In this document: one piece after another, positions 28,805 through 38,943 of the stretch
Position numbering within the stretch: the first letter of the stretch is position 1
Layout of the letters: each line of letters begins with the position of its first letter
NCBI GenBank assembly: GCA_965203805.1
Contig: OZ241917.1
Coordinates: forward strand, 448,001 to 512,000
Length of the DNA stretch: 64,000 nucleotides
From: Candidatus Latescibacterota bacterium
GTDB taxonomy: Bacteria; Latescibacterota; UBA2968; GCA-2709665
Direction: 5' to 3'
Notes under the pieces: generated by a model
What the model was told of the DNA's origin: nothing
Databases searched by the model: none
What the model saw: the letters and a program-made list of their open reading frames with translations, nothing else
Program-made: the position numbers and the translations under genes

Positions 28805-30310
28805 TGATCGCCCATATGCGGCCAATGCGGGATCGGCATAATGAGGCCACCTGGGATGCGATAAAGGTTTCGGACTATCCGGCAACGGTTCTACCTTCTT
28901 TCTGTCTCCCCGACAGTCAGGAGGGAAGGACATGGCCAACCGGAGGTTCGAGATGTATCAGTATCGCCAGGTATTGACGCGTATGCGGTTGGGCGATTCG
29001 GATCGTGCGATCGCCCGTTCCGGGTTGATGGGTCGGCGGAAGGCCGGCTCGCTTCGTGAAGTGGCAGGCCGTGAGGGATGGCTGGAGGCTTCCAACGTGT
29101 TGCCCGATGATGCCACGCTGGTGCAGGTGGTTCAGGTTCCAACCTCGCGGCCTCAGTCGGCCTCGTCGGTTTTGCCCTACCAGGACAAGGTGACAGCTTG
29201 GTGGCGTGAGGGTATCCGGGGTACCGTCATCCACCAGGCGTTGGTGGACACCTACGGCTATGCCGGCTCGTATGCTTCCATCCGTCGTTTTCTCCAGCAG
29301 CTCAAAGACGCTCATCCCGACGTCACCACCGTGTTGGACTTCGATCCGGGCGACGTGGCGCAGGTGGACTTCGGGCGGGGTCCCACGATAGAGGACGTCT
29401 TCACCCACCAGACCATCGCGACGTGGATCTTCGTGATGGTACTGGCCTGGTCTCGCCACCAGACAGAAGCGCCTTCGAGTTCTTCGGCGGCGTCCCGGCA
29501 CGCGTGGTGATCGACAACCCCAAAAACGCCATCACCAGGGCCTGCTACCACGATCCGGAGGTGCAGCGCGCCTACGGCGAGTGCGCCTGCCTGCGTCCCT
29601 CGGACAGGCAGGCCGAAGGCTATGGCTTCACCATCTCCCCGTGCCCCGTGCGAGACCCGAAGAAGAAGGGGTGCGTGGAGGCGGCCGTGAAGTATGTCAA
29701 GCGCAGCTTTGTTGCCCTGCGCCAGTTCCGTGACATCAGCGATGCCAACCGGCAGTTGCAGGACTGGATCCTGGGGGTGGCCGGTAACCGCATTCACGGC
29801 ACCACCCACGAACGACCCCTGACACGCTTTGCACAGACCGAGCGCGAGTTCCTCAAGCCGTTACCCGCCATTCCACCTGAGCAGGCGGCCTGGGCCAAGG
29901 TGAAGGTTCACGGCGACTGCCACGTCCAGTTCGAGAAGTGTCGATACTCCGTGCCCTATGCCCTGGTGCGCCAACAGCTCTGGTTGCGGGCCAGCCCAAA
30001 AACCGTGAAGATCTACCAGAACCACAACATGGTGGCCGTTCATCCCCGTAAAAACACACCCGGTGCACGCGCGACCGTTACCGAACATCTGCCGCCCGAG
30101 GCGCGCGCTTTCCTGATGCGCGATCCACAATGGTGCCTCAAACAGGCACAGAGTATCGGTCCTTCCTGCCACCACCTCATAAAGACCCTCTTCTCCGATC
30201 GCGTGCTGGACAACCTCCGCGCGGCGCAGGGCATCATCCGACTTTCCGAACGCTACGGCGCAAGGCGCCTTGAGGCCGCCTGCGACCGCGCCCTGGCCTA
30301 TGACAACCCC
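28805..30310 (+). mobile_element. istA: IS21-family remnant: left end plus frameshifted istA; no istB or right end
   Basis: Starts TG with repeated GATCG-C---ATG-GGCCA boxes; AQVDFG, VIDNPK, KGCVE, RIHGTT, YSVP; deletion and frameshift at ~29460. Confidence 0.88.
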
Positions 30311-30322
30311 CGAGAAGAAATA

Positions 30323-30967
30323 CTAGAAAAGTTCGGCCTCCTTCATAGATAGAAACCTGTCTTTCGCCAGCACGATGTGATCAAGAACCTCGATTCCGAT
30401 GATCTCCCCAGCCTGGACCATTCGCCGCGTGAGTTCTATATCCTCACGAGAAGGCGTTACGTCTCCCGATGGATGGTTGGGCGCCAGGATCACCGAGGCC
30501 GCGCAACTGCCGATCGCTGTATAGAATACTTCGCGAGGGTGCACGAGCGAGGCGTTGAGGCTCCCTACGGCGACTTCTTCCCGGTTGATGACCTGGTGGT
30601 TCCGGGCGTTTAAAAAGATCGCTACAAAGTGTTCTCTGCGCCGATCCTTATACTCCGTGAGCATCCCCACCGCGTCCGCGGACTTGGTGATGGATGGTTC
30701 TATCCCCAAGCCCTGATTCAATGCTCTCCTGGAGAGTTCGAACGCCGCGACTAAACCTACCGCTCCGACCCTACCGATACCCTTTACTTCCATCAAATCC
30801 GCCAGGCTCATTCCGATTAGGCTCTGTAAAGATAGCTTCTGGAAAATAGGTTCTACTTTCGCTTCCTCGGTCCGCAACAGGATTGCCAATATTTCTTCAT
30901 CACGCAGGGCCTCAACGCCCAGTTTCTCTAATTTGTCACGAACAATTCCAACACCACCGCTTGCCAT
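30323..30967 (-). CDS. radC: RadC/JAB-domain protein with first His of HNHPSG replaced by Pro
   Basis: EILAILL, KGIG, VHPREVF, APNHPSG, PSREDIELT, VLDH. Confidence 0.9.
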   Translation of the reverse strand: MASGGVGIVRDKLEKLGVEALRDEEILAILLRTEEAKVEPIFQKLSLQSLIGMSLADLMEVKGIGRVGAVGLVAAFELSRRALNQGLGIEPSITKSADAVGMLTEYKDRRREHFVAIFLNARNHQVINREEVAVGSLNASLVHPREVFYTAIGSCAASVILAPNHPSGDVTPSREDIELTRRMVQAGEIIGIEVLDHIVLAKDRFLSMKEAELF

Positions 30968-31198
30968 TTGCAATCACCTTCGTTAATATTTAGGGCCGTG
31001 CCGCTTTAAGTTACCCTTATGCTAACTAACCTGATTACAAAAGACAACATCTTTAAATAAAAAAGAACGCCTGCCGAAAACAGGCGTTCTGACAACATCC
31101 CAGCGTCTGAAAGGGGGTGAGTCCGAAAAGACGCTGATCTAATTTAAAAAAGCGGATCGAGCGCGACAAGCCCAGGGAACTCCCTGGGCTTGTTTTGG

Positions 31199-31837
31199 TC
31201 AAAATTCAAATGGGTCTGGTTCTAACCACTCGGTTTCTGGCCATTCGCTACTGTTTGGATAAGGCTGTGGTTTATAAAATTCGTCCGCCACTTCATACCA
31301 ACCACGAACGTTATTTTTCGAATCTACTAATTCAAGCCATAATTCATATTGCAGTCTACGTAATTCTTTAAATCTTACCTCTCCCCAGGGTGATATACGT
31401 CTTACATAAGACACCACACCCTTTAGACGCAAAAATTTCCAAAATTCACCAGTATACTGAAGATATTCAATGGTGTCGCCCTTCGCGAAATTAAGAGTAT
31501 CTTTCTGTGACCCCCTTTGTCTTGCCACATAGGATACTTTCCCCAATACTTCGCCTCCCAGAGTACCAGATGTTTGAGCAAGAAAAAGACCTGAAACAAC
31601 AGTTCGGAAACGAACTCTGTTAAATTTGAGTACAGCCTCAGGGGGAACATGAATTGTGTCTGCGATACTACTCAATGGAAAGGGAGCGTATCGAAGCACC
31701 ATTTTCCCACCTTTAAATGTGCGTGATCCAGGACCAAGATATGCGCTTTCTGCTGGATAAATAGCAGATTCAAAAGCCCAGATACTAATAGGAAATCCAC
31801 AAAATATCATAATACTTAGGCAAATGAATCTTTTCAT
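31199..31837 (-). CDS. Exported AT-rich hypothetical protein
   Basis: Signal peptide MKRFICLS...IWA; GDTIEYLQYTGE resembles an SH3-like strand. Confidence 0.7.
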   Translation of the reverse strand: MKRFICLSIMIFCGFPISIWAFESAIYPAESAYLGPGSRTFKGGKMVLRYAPFPLSSIADTIHVPPEAVLKFNRVRFRTVVSGLFLAQTSGTLGGEVLGKVSYVARQRGSQKDTLNFAKGDTIEYLQYTGEFWKFLRLKGVVSYVRRISPWGEVRFKELRRLQYELWLELVDSKNNVRGWYEVADEFYKPQPYPNSSEWPETEWLEPDPFEF

Positions 31838-31879
31838 TAAATTATCCCTTGTAGGTGAGTCCAGGAAGCGATCTGGGTT

Positions 31880-33002
31880 CTATTGCTTCGGCAAAGCCGG
31901 AGGAAGTTCTTTTACGAGCTCGAGACGGTTACTGTCGCGGATCTGTAAGTACCCATCGACGATTTGTGGTGTTGAAGTAGAAAATGAAGCAGGTATATCA
32001 TGGTAGTACTCCCATTCAAAATCCAATAGTTCTGGTTCTCTGATTAAACGATTCGCAATTAAACGATAACCTCGATATTCCAGCACACCCTTACGATGCT
32101 CCTGCTCTAAGAACCATGGCTCCGGAATAGGGACTACAATACGATGTCCCCCTTCTGCCAAAGGTTGTGTCCAGAGTCCCATGCCTATCTCATCACCTAA
32201 ATCTACTGATAGTTCTATTTCATCCAACAAGGTTAATTCAGGATTACCTGTGTAGGAGTATACTGACAATTTTACTGGTCCGATTTTTAGATCATCTTGC
32301 CAAATAACTTGCAAAAGAACAATTTCTTCTTGGCTGTCATTATTCAAATCAACAATTTTTACATCTAAGCTCATTCTCGGTAAGGAAACACTAGCAATTT
32401 GTTCAAAGCCATTGCCGTTCCAAGAAAGAACTAATATGTCTACAGGGCCATCATTATAAGTCTCAGGCTTGGGATAATGAAACAAAAGTATCTCATCTTT
32501 TGTATCACCCGTTATATTCCCCACGATACTCCACAGCCCGAAAAATTCAGTAAAGTCAGATTGAAATAACCGGTTATCAACTACTTGGAAAATCTTAATA
32601 GCTGGATCTTCCAATGTAACTGGTCTACGAATCCTTGATCTAATAGCCGCAACTTCTGAAACACCGTTACCATCGAAATCACCTTGATATGTGGATACAG
32701 CACCCTGTAACATCACTGTGAATAATTCCCGTTGTGACTTCGGATCATAAAAAGCAAGACGACTGGTATAATCTAATGTCTCAGTTATTTTTAACCACAT
32801 CCCCTTTTGACCAAGACCTTTAAAATCCGCAATGAATACACTATTTATTACTTCATTCGGGATCAACAGAATAGGTTTTACCCACGTCTCTAAAGATCAT
32901 ACCTCTTATTGGTTCCGGTGATTTGCGCGAAGCAACAAAGGTTTGTTCCTGAGCAAATATCACCACAGGCCAGAGAACAAATAACGCTACCCAAGTTTTC
33001 AT
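31880..33002 (-). pseudogene. Exported FG-GAP-like repeat protein with a frameshift near 32895
   Basis: AAGGAG-ATG at 33002 gives signal peptide MKTWVALFVLWPVVIFAQ out of frame with the body; GDFDGNGVSEV, GNITGDTKDEI, DLNNDSQEEI repeats. Confidence 0.7.
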
Positions 33003-33017
33003 TTCGGTCTCCTTTGT

Positions 33018-33720
33018 TTAAGGATCATACTCGACATGAGTGTGGTAATTATTACCTGACCCACCACACTTAACGTAGTATCTGCTATCACTGATAAACA
33101 TCTTTTTTACACGATTACACATTTCTTCGCGTTTAGCAATGAAGTTCTTTACATATACTCTCTCCCTTGGATTCATATCAAGCGCATATCCGTACTGATG
33201 TAAAGTACTACTAGTATTGCTCGAATGTTGGGTTCTCGATAACCACTAGTGATGCGTGGAGAATCGTCATCATTTTTAGATTTAAGAGCCTTTAATTCAG
33301 CCCTTCTAATACGTTCTGCTTCTGACCACATATTCATTAAAAAATGAGAAGTATTACTCGTGTTATAGTCTTCAGTCGAATAATATCCTGAGTGAAGCCT
33401 AGTTCTAAATGTTGCCCGAGGAGGAGTATGCCGACTCCCCCATCGTGTACGTTTCAAGTCTATGAACTGTTGTTGCATTGCCGATATCTGATCCTGATTA
33501 AACTTGACCGAATCCGCATCACCTGTTACTGTGCCTATAACAAGATAAGAAAGTGCATTACCTGTCACAGATCTACTATTTCTTCCTGTTGTTGCAAAGG
33601 TGATACTCGGATTCTTACTTCCTTTCGGATTAAAAACGAGTTCGCCGCTACGGTTGTATCCTCGATAAGTCCATTGAACTTGACTTGCGGTGGTTGTGGC
33701 ACTAACCTGAATATGCGCGG
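33018..33720 (-). pseudogene. 3' part of a larger gene ending in an M15/LAS metallopeptidase domain (frameshifted)
   Basis: ITSGYREP, then shifted frame QHSSNTSSTLHQYGYALD...NYHTHVEYDP*, giving H-x6-D and H-x-H zinc motifs. Confidence 0.7.
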
Positions 33721-33750
33721 TTCTACCCCCAGAAGAAGGAAAACCCGTTC

Positions 33751-34494
33751 ATGGACAGGATCGGCGTGCGCGTGCTACCCGAATTTCTCAGCGTACGCGC
33801 TGCGCCGCTTACAGACGTCTATCGTAAGCACCCGCTGCTGGGCGGCTACAGGGTCGACGACGAGGGGGTTCCCGCGCGCCAGACCCGGCTGGTGAGCAAG
33901 GGTGTGCTGGAAACGCTCTTGACAACCCGAACGCCGGTCCGCGGTATTGAACGCAGCACCGGAAGCCGCCGGGGCCCCGGCGGCGGGCCGAGCAATATCC
34001 TGGTTGAGCAGGAACGGGGAATGAGCGAAGAACAGATACGGAAGGAGTTTTTCAAACTGATCAAAAGGCAGAAAAAGGAATATGGCTACGTCGTTACCCA
34101 CGTCGCCAATCCGTTGTACACGCTAAGCGAAGCACGCGATGCCTACTATTTATATGAACCGTCGGACGAAGAAATCAAGGTGGGAAACCCGATTTACGTA
34201 CACAGGGTCTACCTGAACGGTCGGAAGGAACTTGTACGCAACGCGCAATTCGCGGGAATAGGCGCCTATACGTTCAAGGACATCGTCCAGGTGTCCAGGA
34301 CGTACGCCTTCAACACCGTTCCCTTTCGCTCCATGGACGATTCCTCACCCTTTTCGGGCACACTGCGGGGCCGTCAGGTTCTCACGAGTATCGTCACCCC
34401 ACGCATGGTCCTGTTCGAAGACATAACGCTGAAGCCGCCCTCCGGCGAGATCCCCAGGGCGCCCGTTTCCCCGCATCCCTTCTTCGGCGGATGA
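33751..34494 (+). pseudogene. C-terminal half of a TldD/PmbA-family protein
   Basis: RVLPEFLSV...DDEGVPA...LLTTRTP...STGSRR...PSN...ELVR; N-terminal half absent. Confidence 0.8.
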
Positions 34495-34537
34495 GTACAG
34501 GGCGCTCCGCGAACGGGCGCCATCTACCGGTTTCGGT

Positions 34538-35542
34538 TCATACGCCGGTGAAAGCCTTGACCTTGTCCTCCGTCCTGGAGGGCCGGGTGGGCCGTTTGGC
34601 GCGCAACTCGCCCCAAAGGGCGATCGCGATGCCCGAGAGGATGATCCCTCCGCCGATGAGTTGCGCGGGCATGGGCACCTCGCCCAGGATGATACCGGCG
34701 AAGAGGACGCCGGCCACCGGCGAGAAGGATGACGCGGTGGCGATGTCGGCCGGGCGTACGCGCTTGATGCCGGAAAACCACGCCAACTGGCCGCAGGCCA
34801 CCACGACCCCGCCGTAGAGGATCATCCAGCCCCACAGCACGGGCGAGAAGATATCGGCGAAGTGCCCGATCCCGAAGAGGTAGAGGCCGATTCCGAGGAA
34901 GAAGAACGCGCCCAGCAGGTTGCGGTAGACGCTGAAGATGCCCAGCGGGATCGTCTGAAGCTGCTTGCGGCCGATTTCGGCGCCGCATACGAGAAGCACG
35001 GTCGCCGCCGCCGCAAAGACCTCGCCGCTGCCCACCCCCCTTCCCATACGAGCCGCCGCCATGCGCTCCGGCGAGGCGTCCATCTGCAGGAAGAGCGTTG
35101 TCGCCACGCCGGTGACGGCGCACAGCGCCCCCAGCACGGCGGTCCCGCTCGATTTTTCCCGGTAAAATATCCAGGCCAGCAGCAGGCCGAGCGGGATTTC
35201 TATCGTCTCGATCAGGACGATATTGGTCACCGAGGTCCGCGAAATGGCCGTAAACATCATGGCCGGCGCAATCGCGCCCGACGTGAGGGCGAGGACGGTC
35301 TGGATCAGCCACTGGCGGCGAGACAGCCTGCGCAGGCGCGACGGGCGCCATTCCCGCTGATTCACGGCAAACAGGGTCAGCGCCGCCACCAGGTTGCCGG
35401 CGAAGAGCAGATTGCAGAAAGAGATGGGATTGCGGCCGTCAATCAGATGCGCCTGACCGATTTCGACCAGGCGCGCCACGACCGGGGCGGCCGCGGCGAA
35501 GATCAGAATCGCAATCCACAGGTAAATTCGTCCCCAGGTCAT
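34538..35542 (-). CDS. DMT/EamA-family transporter
   Basis: About 10 TM segments, ILGEVP...LIGG. Confidence 0.88.
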   Translation of the reverse strand: MTWGRIYLWIAILIFAAAAPVVARLVEIGQAHLIDGRNPISFCNLLFAGNLVAALTLFAVNQREWRPSRLRRLSRRQWLIQTVLALTSGAIAPAMMFTAISRTSVTNIVLIETIEIPLGLLLAWIFYREKSSGTAVLGALCAVTGVATTLFLQMDASPERMAAARMGRGVGSGEVFAAAATVLLVCGAEIGRKQLQTIPLGIFSVYRNLLGAFFFLGIGLYLFGIGHFADIFSPVLWGWMILYGGVVVACGQLAWFSGIKRVRPADIATASSFSPVAGVLFAGIILGEVPMPAQLIGGGIILSGIAIALWGELRAKRPTRPSRTEDKVKAFTGV

Positions 35543-35570
35543 CCGGCCTCTTAATTTCCTAAAACGGAAC

Positions 35571-35762
35571 TAACATGGATGGACAGGATGGACAGGATGA
35601 AAACCAACAGGTGCGACAAAAGCGCGAGAAAACGAACATCAGAAACTACGAAACCCGCGAAACACACGAAAAAAACGAAATGCACGAGAAAACGAGTAAC
35701 GGCAGTGAATCGATTCACCATAGACCGCGCGTCGTCACTCCGTCCACTCTGAAACCCCATTG
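35571..35762. repeat. Purine-rich short-period repeat cluster (GGACAGGAT and CACGAAA types)
   Basis: ACATGGATGGACAGGATGGACAGGAT; ACGAAACCCGCGAAACACACGAAA; shared with 41961-42460. Confidence 0.75.
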
Positions 35763-35763
35763 T

Positions 35764-37305
35764 TTATGCGAAAACTGCCCTGCCGACGTCCTGGATGAGA
35801 CCAATGCGGGAATTGGACGGATTATAGACCCATTCGTTGTCGAAAACCTTTCTAAGTCTCTTGCTCAGGAACAGATCTCCTATCGACAAAGCGTGGAATC
35901 GACTGTGGTTCTTTTTGGCGATCAGAATTCTCTCATGCACGGGCTCCGGAACTGAGGACATTACAAAATCCGAAATCACAAGCAGGTCAGATCTGTTGTA
36001 TTCCTCGCTATCCATCATATTGAGGGCATAGTCAAGAGCAGGGCGTACGTCTGTCCCGCCATGAAAGGAACGCTGCAAAAAGCCGACCACCTTTGCAATG
36101 CCCAATTGGTCGGATAAATCCAGGGTTTCTATGCCCGTCGAGAAATTGATCAGGAGGCAGTTTCGCTTTTGTGACATTGCGCGGGTGGCGACAAACAGCG
36201 TGACGGCCTTGGCGATGGTTTCGGGCGAGCCCTGCATGGAGCCGCTGGTATCAACGCAAATGATCATCGGTCCCAACTTTTCTTCCTCTTCGATCTCAAC
36301 CATGCGTTCTTCTTCGACCATAAGGGAACTTGCCCGCGTTCCTTCCATTTCAAAACACATCAGACGGCCTTCGGCCAATTTCAGGTCAAACAATATGGCG
36401 GTCTCGTCATCAGACAGCAATGCCATATCCTGTGGAATCGCGCGCTCGACGTCCTTCCCCATGTAGACGCCGACGATTTCTTCCCTGGAATTCACGTCTG
36501 GAACGTACTGTGTGACGGTGGATACGTTTTTGACGAGTTCCTGTCTCGTCGTTCGCTCTGCTCTACGAAGGCGCCCCAGCATGTCGCACAGTTCCCTAAC
36601 GCCCGTGTCTTTCGATATATATTCAGCCCATCTTCTCAATTGTTCAATGTTTGAGAGCGACAGATTTCCCTTTGACAGATCAAATAACAGGCCGGGTTCG
36701 ATGGATAATTCGTCCAGTGCATCCGACAGTACCTGGAGATTCTTTAACCACTCCCGTAACCTGCTCAGCAATTTTTCTCTGAACTTTCGGATTGTCTCTA
36801 TTTCCCACCTGGCAAGTTGCTCATCCAACAACTTTCTCCACTGTTGTAATAACAGTCTCCTGAAAATGACGTGCTTTTCATGAACTCTCGCTTTGGTCAC
36901 TTCCTCCAGTGTTGTGGGTTCCTGTTCTTGAAGTACTTCGGTGACAAAATCCGGGAGATCCTGATACGCTTTGAGTTCCTCAATTTCCGACAACCAGTAG
37001 TCGCTGTCGATTCTTGAGCCTGTTAGTTCTCCCAACGCCTGAAAGTGTTGGAAATCTCCCTCCAGCTGAACCGTCGTCGCGGTGTTCTCACTTTCCAGTT
37101 CCTGCTCTGAACGCTGCAGCGCCCGATGGGCTTCTTTGAATGGATTATTTCGCGTCAGCCATCTCTTGATGCTGATCTGCTCAGTATTAATCTCTGACAA
37201 TAACCCTTCTTCGACGGCGGGATCTTCTGCCACGGGAAATTCCCGACAGAGACCCGTCAATGTCTCTTCTTGTATTTCGTTCTCAATTGATTTTTCGTTC
37301 ATCAT
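35764..37305 (-). CDS. viaA: ViaA-like VWA-domain protein
   Basis: GPMIICVDTSGSMQG, GGTD, VISDF. Confidence 0.85.
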   Translation of the reverse strand: MMNEKSIENEIQEETLTGLCREFPVAEDPAVEEGLLSEINTEQISIKRWLTRNNPFKEAHRALQRSEQELESENTATTVQLEGDFQHFQALGELTGSRIDSDYWLSEIEELKAYQDLPDFVTEVLQEQEPTTLEEVTKARVHEKHVIFRRLLLQQWRKLLDEQLARWEIETIRKFREKLLSRLREWLKNLQVLSDALDELSIEPGLLFDLSKGNLSLSNIEQLRRWAEYISKDTGVRELCDMLGRLRRAERTTRQELVKNVSTVTQYVPDVNSREEIVGVYMGKDVERAIPQDMALLSDDETAILFDLKLAEGRLMCFEMEGTRASSLMVEEERMVEIEEEEKLGPMIICVDTSGSMQGSPETIAKAVTLFVATRAMSQKRNCLLINFSTGIETLDLSDQLGIAKVVGFLQRSFHGGTDVRPALDYALNMMDSEEYNRSDLLVISDFVMSSVPEPVHERILIAKKNHSRFHALSIGDLFLSKRLRKVFDNEWVYNPSNSRIGLIQDVGRAVFA

Positions 37306-38828
37306 TATCCGATCAGCTTTTTAATTCGGTCGCAGTCCTTACGTCTCAACTTCACGTCCTGCAACTGCTTCTCTACGCTTTCCAGGGCAATACGACGGAT
37401 GTTTTCGGGAACAAATGGCGTCTCCAATTCCTTCTCAAATTGAGCTGATTTGGTTTCGATTGCCTTTCTGATGTCGTCGATCTCTGAAGCCGTTTCGTCT
37501 ACTGCATCCCTTAGTGATGCAGAGAGCCTTTCGCTGACGTCTGACTTCCTATCTCCTTTATGAAATAGAATTTTGGGTGTGAAGTCATTTACATCCACCC
37601 AATTACTACTGTAATAGGCATTGTTTCGATGTTCATCTATACTTATGCAGCAAGTTCCCTGGGAGGCAAAGTTACACCGGATCCAATCTAACTCATTTCC
37701 TTCCTTGTCTCTTGGGTGGAATTTTTCTCTACTGTTCATCTTTTTTGCCGGGATAAAGAACGTCACAGGCTTGCCTCTCGGTTTTTTTCTACACTCGAAA
37801 TATTCGTTACCGTCGCGAAGGGTCTTGGTCTCATATACGTCTATGCGATGATACAGGTACTTGTTGATTTCTCGTTCCAAATCATCCTTTTTACTATCGA
37901 TCGCCTGAAGGCTGACACCGGTTTCAAATCCGTGGTTTCTCACGGCATCCTCGACGATTTTTACGACGTCCGCATAATTGTCTTTCGTTGTCCACAAGCA
38001 GTGGCGCAGCAACAATGTATCGACCAGGTTGGTTTTGTTCCGTCCGCAGAAGAAGGCCGCAGCCTTGAGTAGAATTGCTGCCCTCTGCCAGCGGCGATCC
38101 GAAACGTATACATCGAGTTCTTCGCCTTTTTCGGCAAAAGAAAGTCGGATATCGTGTATAATGCTCAGGGTTTCATCCGAGAGCTCAACCGTTTGAATAT
38201 CGGTCGTCCACTCCTTCCATTCCTCGCGTTTTATTTTCTGGGCGCGCACTTCGACCGATGCATCTGTTGGCTCGGATTTGAGGAGCGTTTCGAAGTTTTC
38301 CTTTGCTTTCAAGGGCGGCACGTCCAACCGAACGAGAAAGCGGTCGTATAACGCGTCCAATCCCTGATCCGGCGGCGGTGTCTCGTTCGATGCCGCGATC
38401 AATGCCTTCAATGGAGCAGATACCACCTCTGTGCCGTTGCGGAATGACTTTTCGTTCATTATGGTCAGTAGCGTGTTGAGGATAGAAGGACTCGATTTCC
38501 AGATTTCATCCAGGAACGCGAAATCGGATTGGGGCAGGAAGCCCTCGGTCTTGCGAACGAAGTTGTCCTTTTTCAGTTCTGTAATCGAAACCGGACCGAA
38601 TACCTCCTCGGGAGTACTGAAACGGTGCATCAAGTATTCGAAATACCCGTCGGTTTCAAAGGCATGAGACAAACGGCGGGCGATCAGGCTCTTTGCGGTG
38701 CCGGGTGGGCCCAACAGGAAGATATTCTGACCCGATAATGCCGCCAGGAGCGAAACGGCGATGGTTTCTTCTCTTTCGAAGATGCCTTCATTCAGCATCT
38801 TGACAATTTCTGCTATTCTCTCTTTCAT
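37305..38828 (-). CDS. ravA: RavA-like MoxR AAA+ ATPase
   Basis: GPPGTAKSLIARRL, FSTPEEVFGP, FLDEIWK, ASNE, ALYDRF, SDRRW; true start MKERI at 38828. Confidence 0.9.
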   Translation of the reverse strand: MKERIAEIVKMLNEGIFEREETIAVSLLAALSGQNIFLLGPPGTAKSLIARRLSHAFETDGYFEYLMHRFSTPEEVFGPVSITELKKDNFVRKTEGFLPQSDFAFLDEIWKSSPSILNTLLTIMNEKSFRNGTEVVSAPLKALIAASNETPPPDQGLDALYDRFLVRLDVPPLKAKENFETLLKSEPTDASVEVRAQKIKREEWKEWTTDIQTVELSDETLSIIHDIRLSFAEKGEELDVYVSDRRWQRAAILLKAAAFFCGRNKTNLVDTLLLRHCLWTTKDNYADVVKIVEDAVRNHGFETGVSLQAIDSKKDDLEREINKYLYHRIDVYETKTLRDGNEYFECRKKPRGKPVTFFIPAKKMNSREKFHPRDKEGNELDWIRCNFASQGTCCISIDEHRNNAYYSSNWVDVNDFTPKILFHKGDRKSDVSERLSASLRDAVDETASEIDDIRKAIETKSAQFEKELETPFVPENIRRIALESVEKQLQDVKLRRKDCDRIKKLIG

Positions 38829-38943
38829 GATCAGTGATCTTCCTTTCCTTGCGGGACACAGACCGGACGTTGGATGCGCGATAATGTACCCAATGTCGTG
38901 TGACCGCGCAATCCCTTCACACCTGCTGCCAGGCACCAGAAAG

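Noticed and set aside
23407-33730. Prophage or ICE
   Set aside because: No integrase, capsid, terminase, relaxase or T4SS genes
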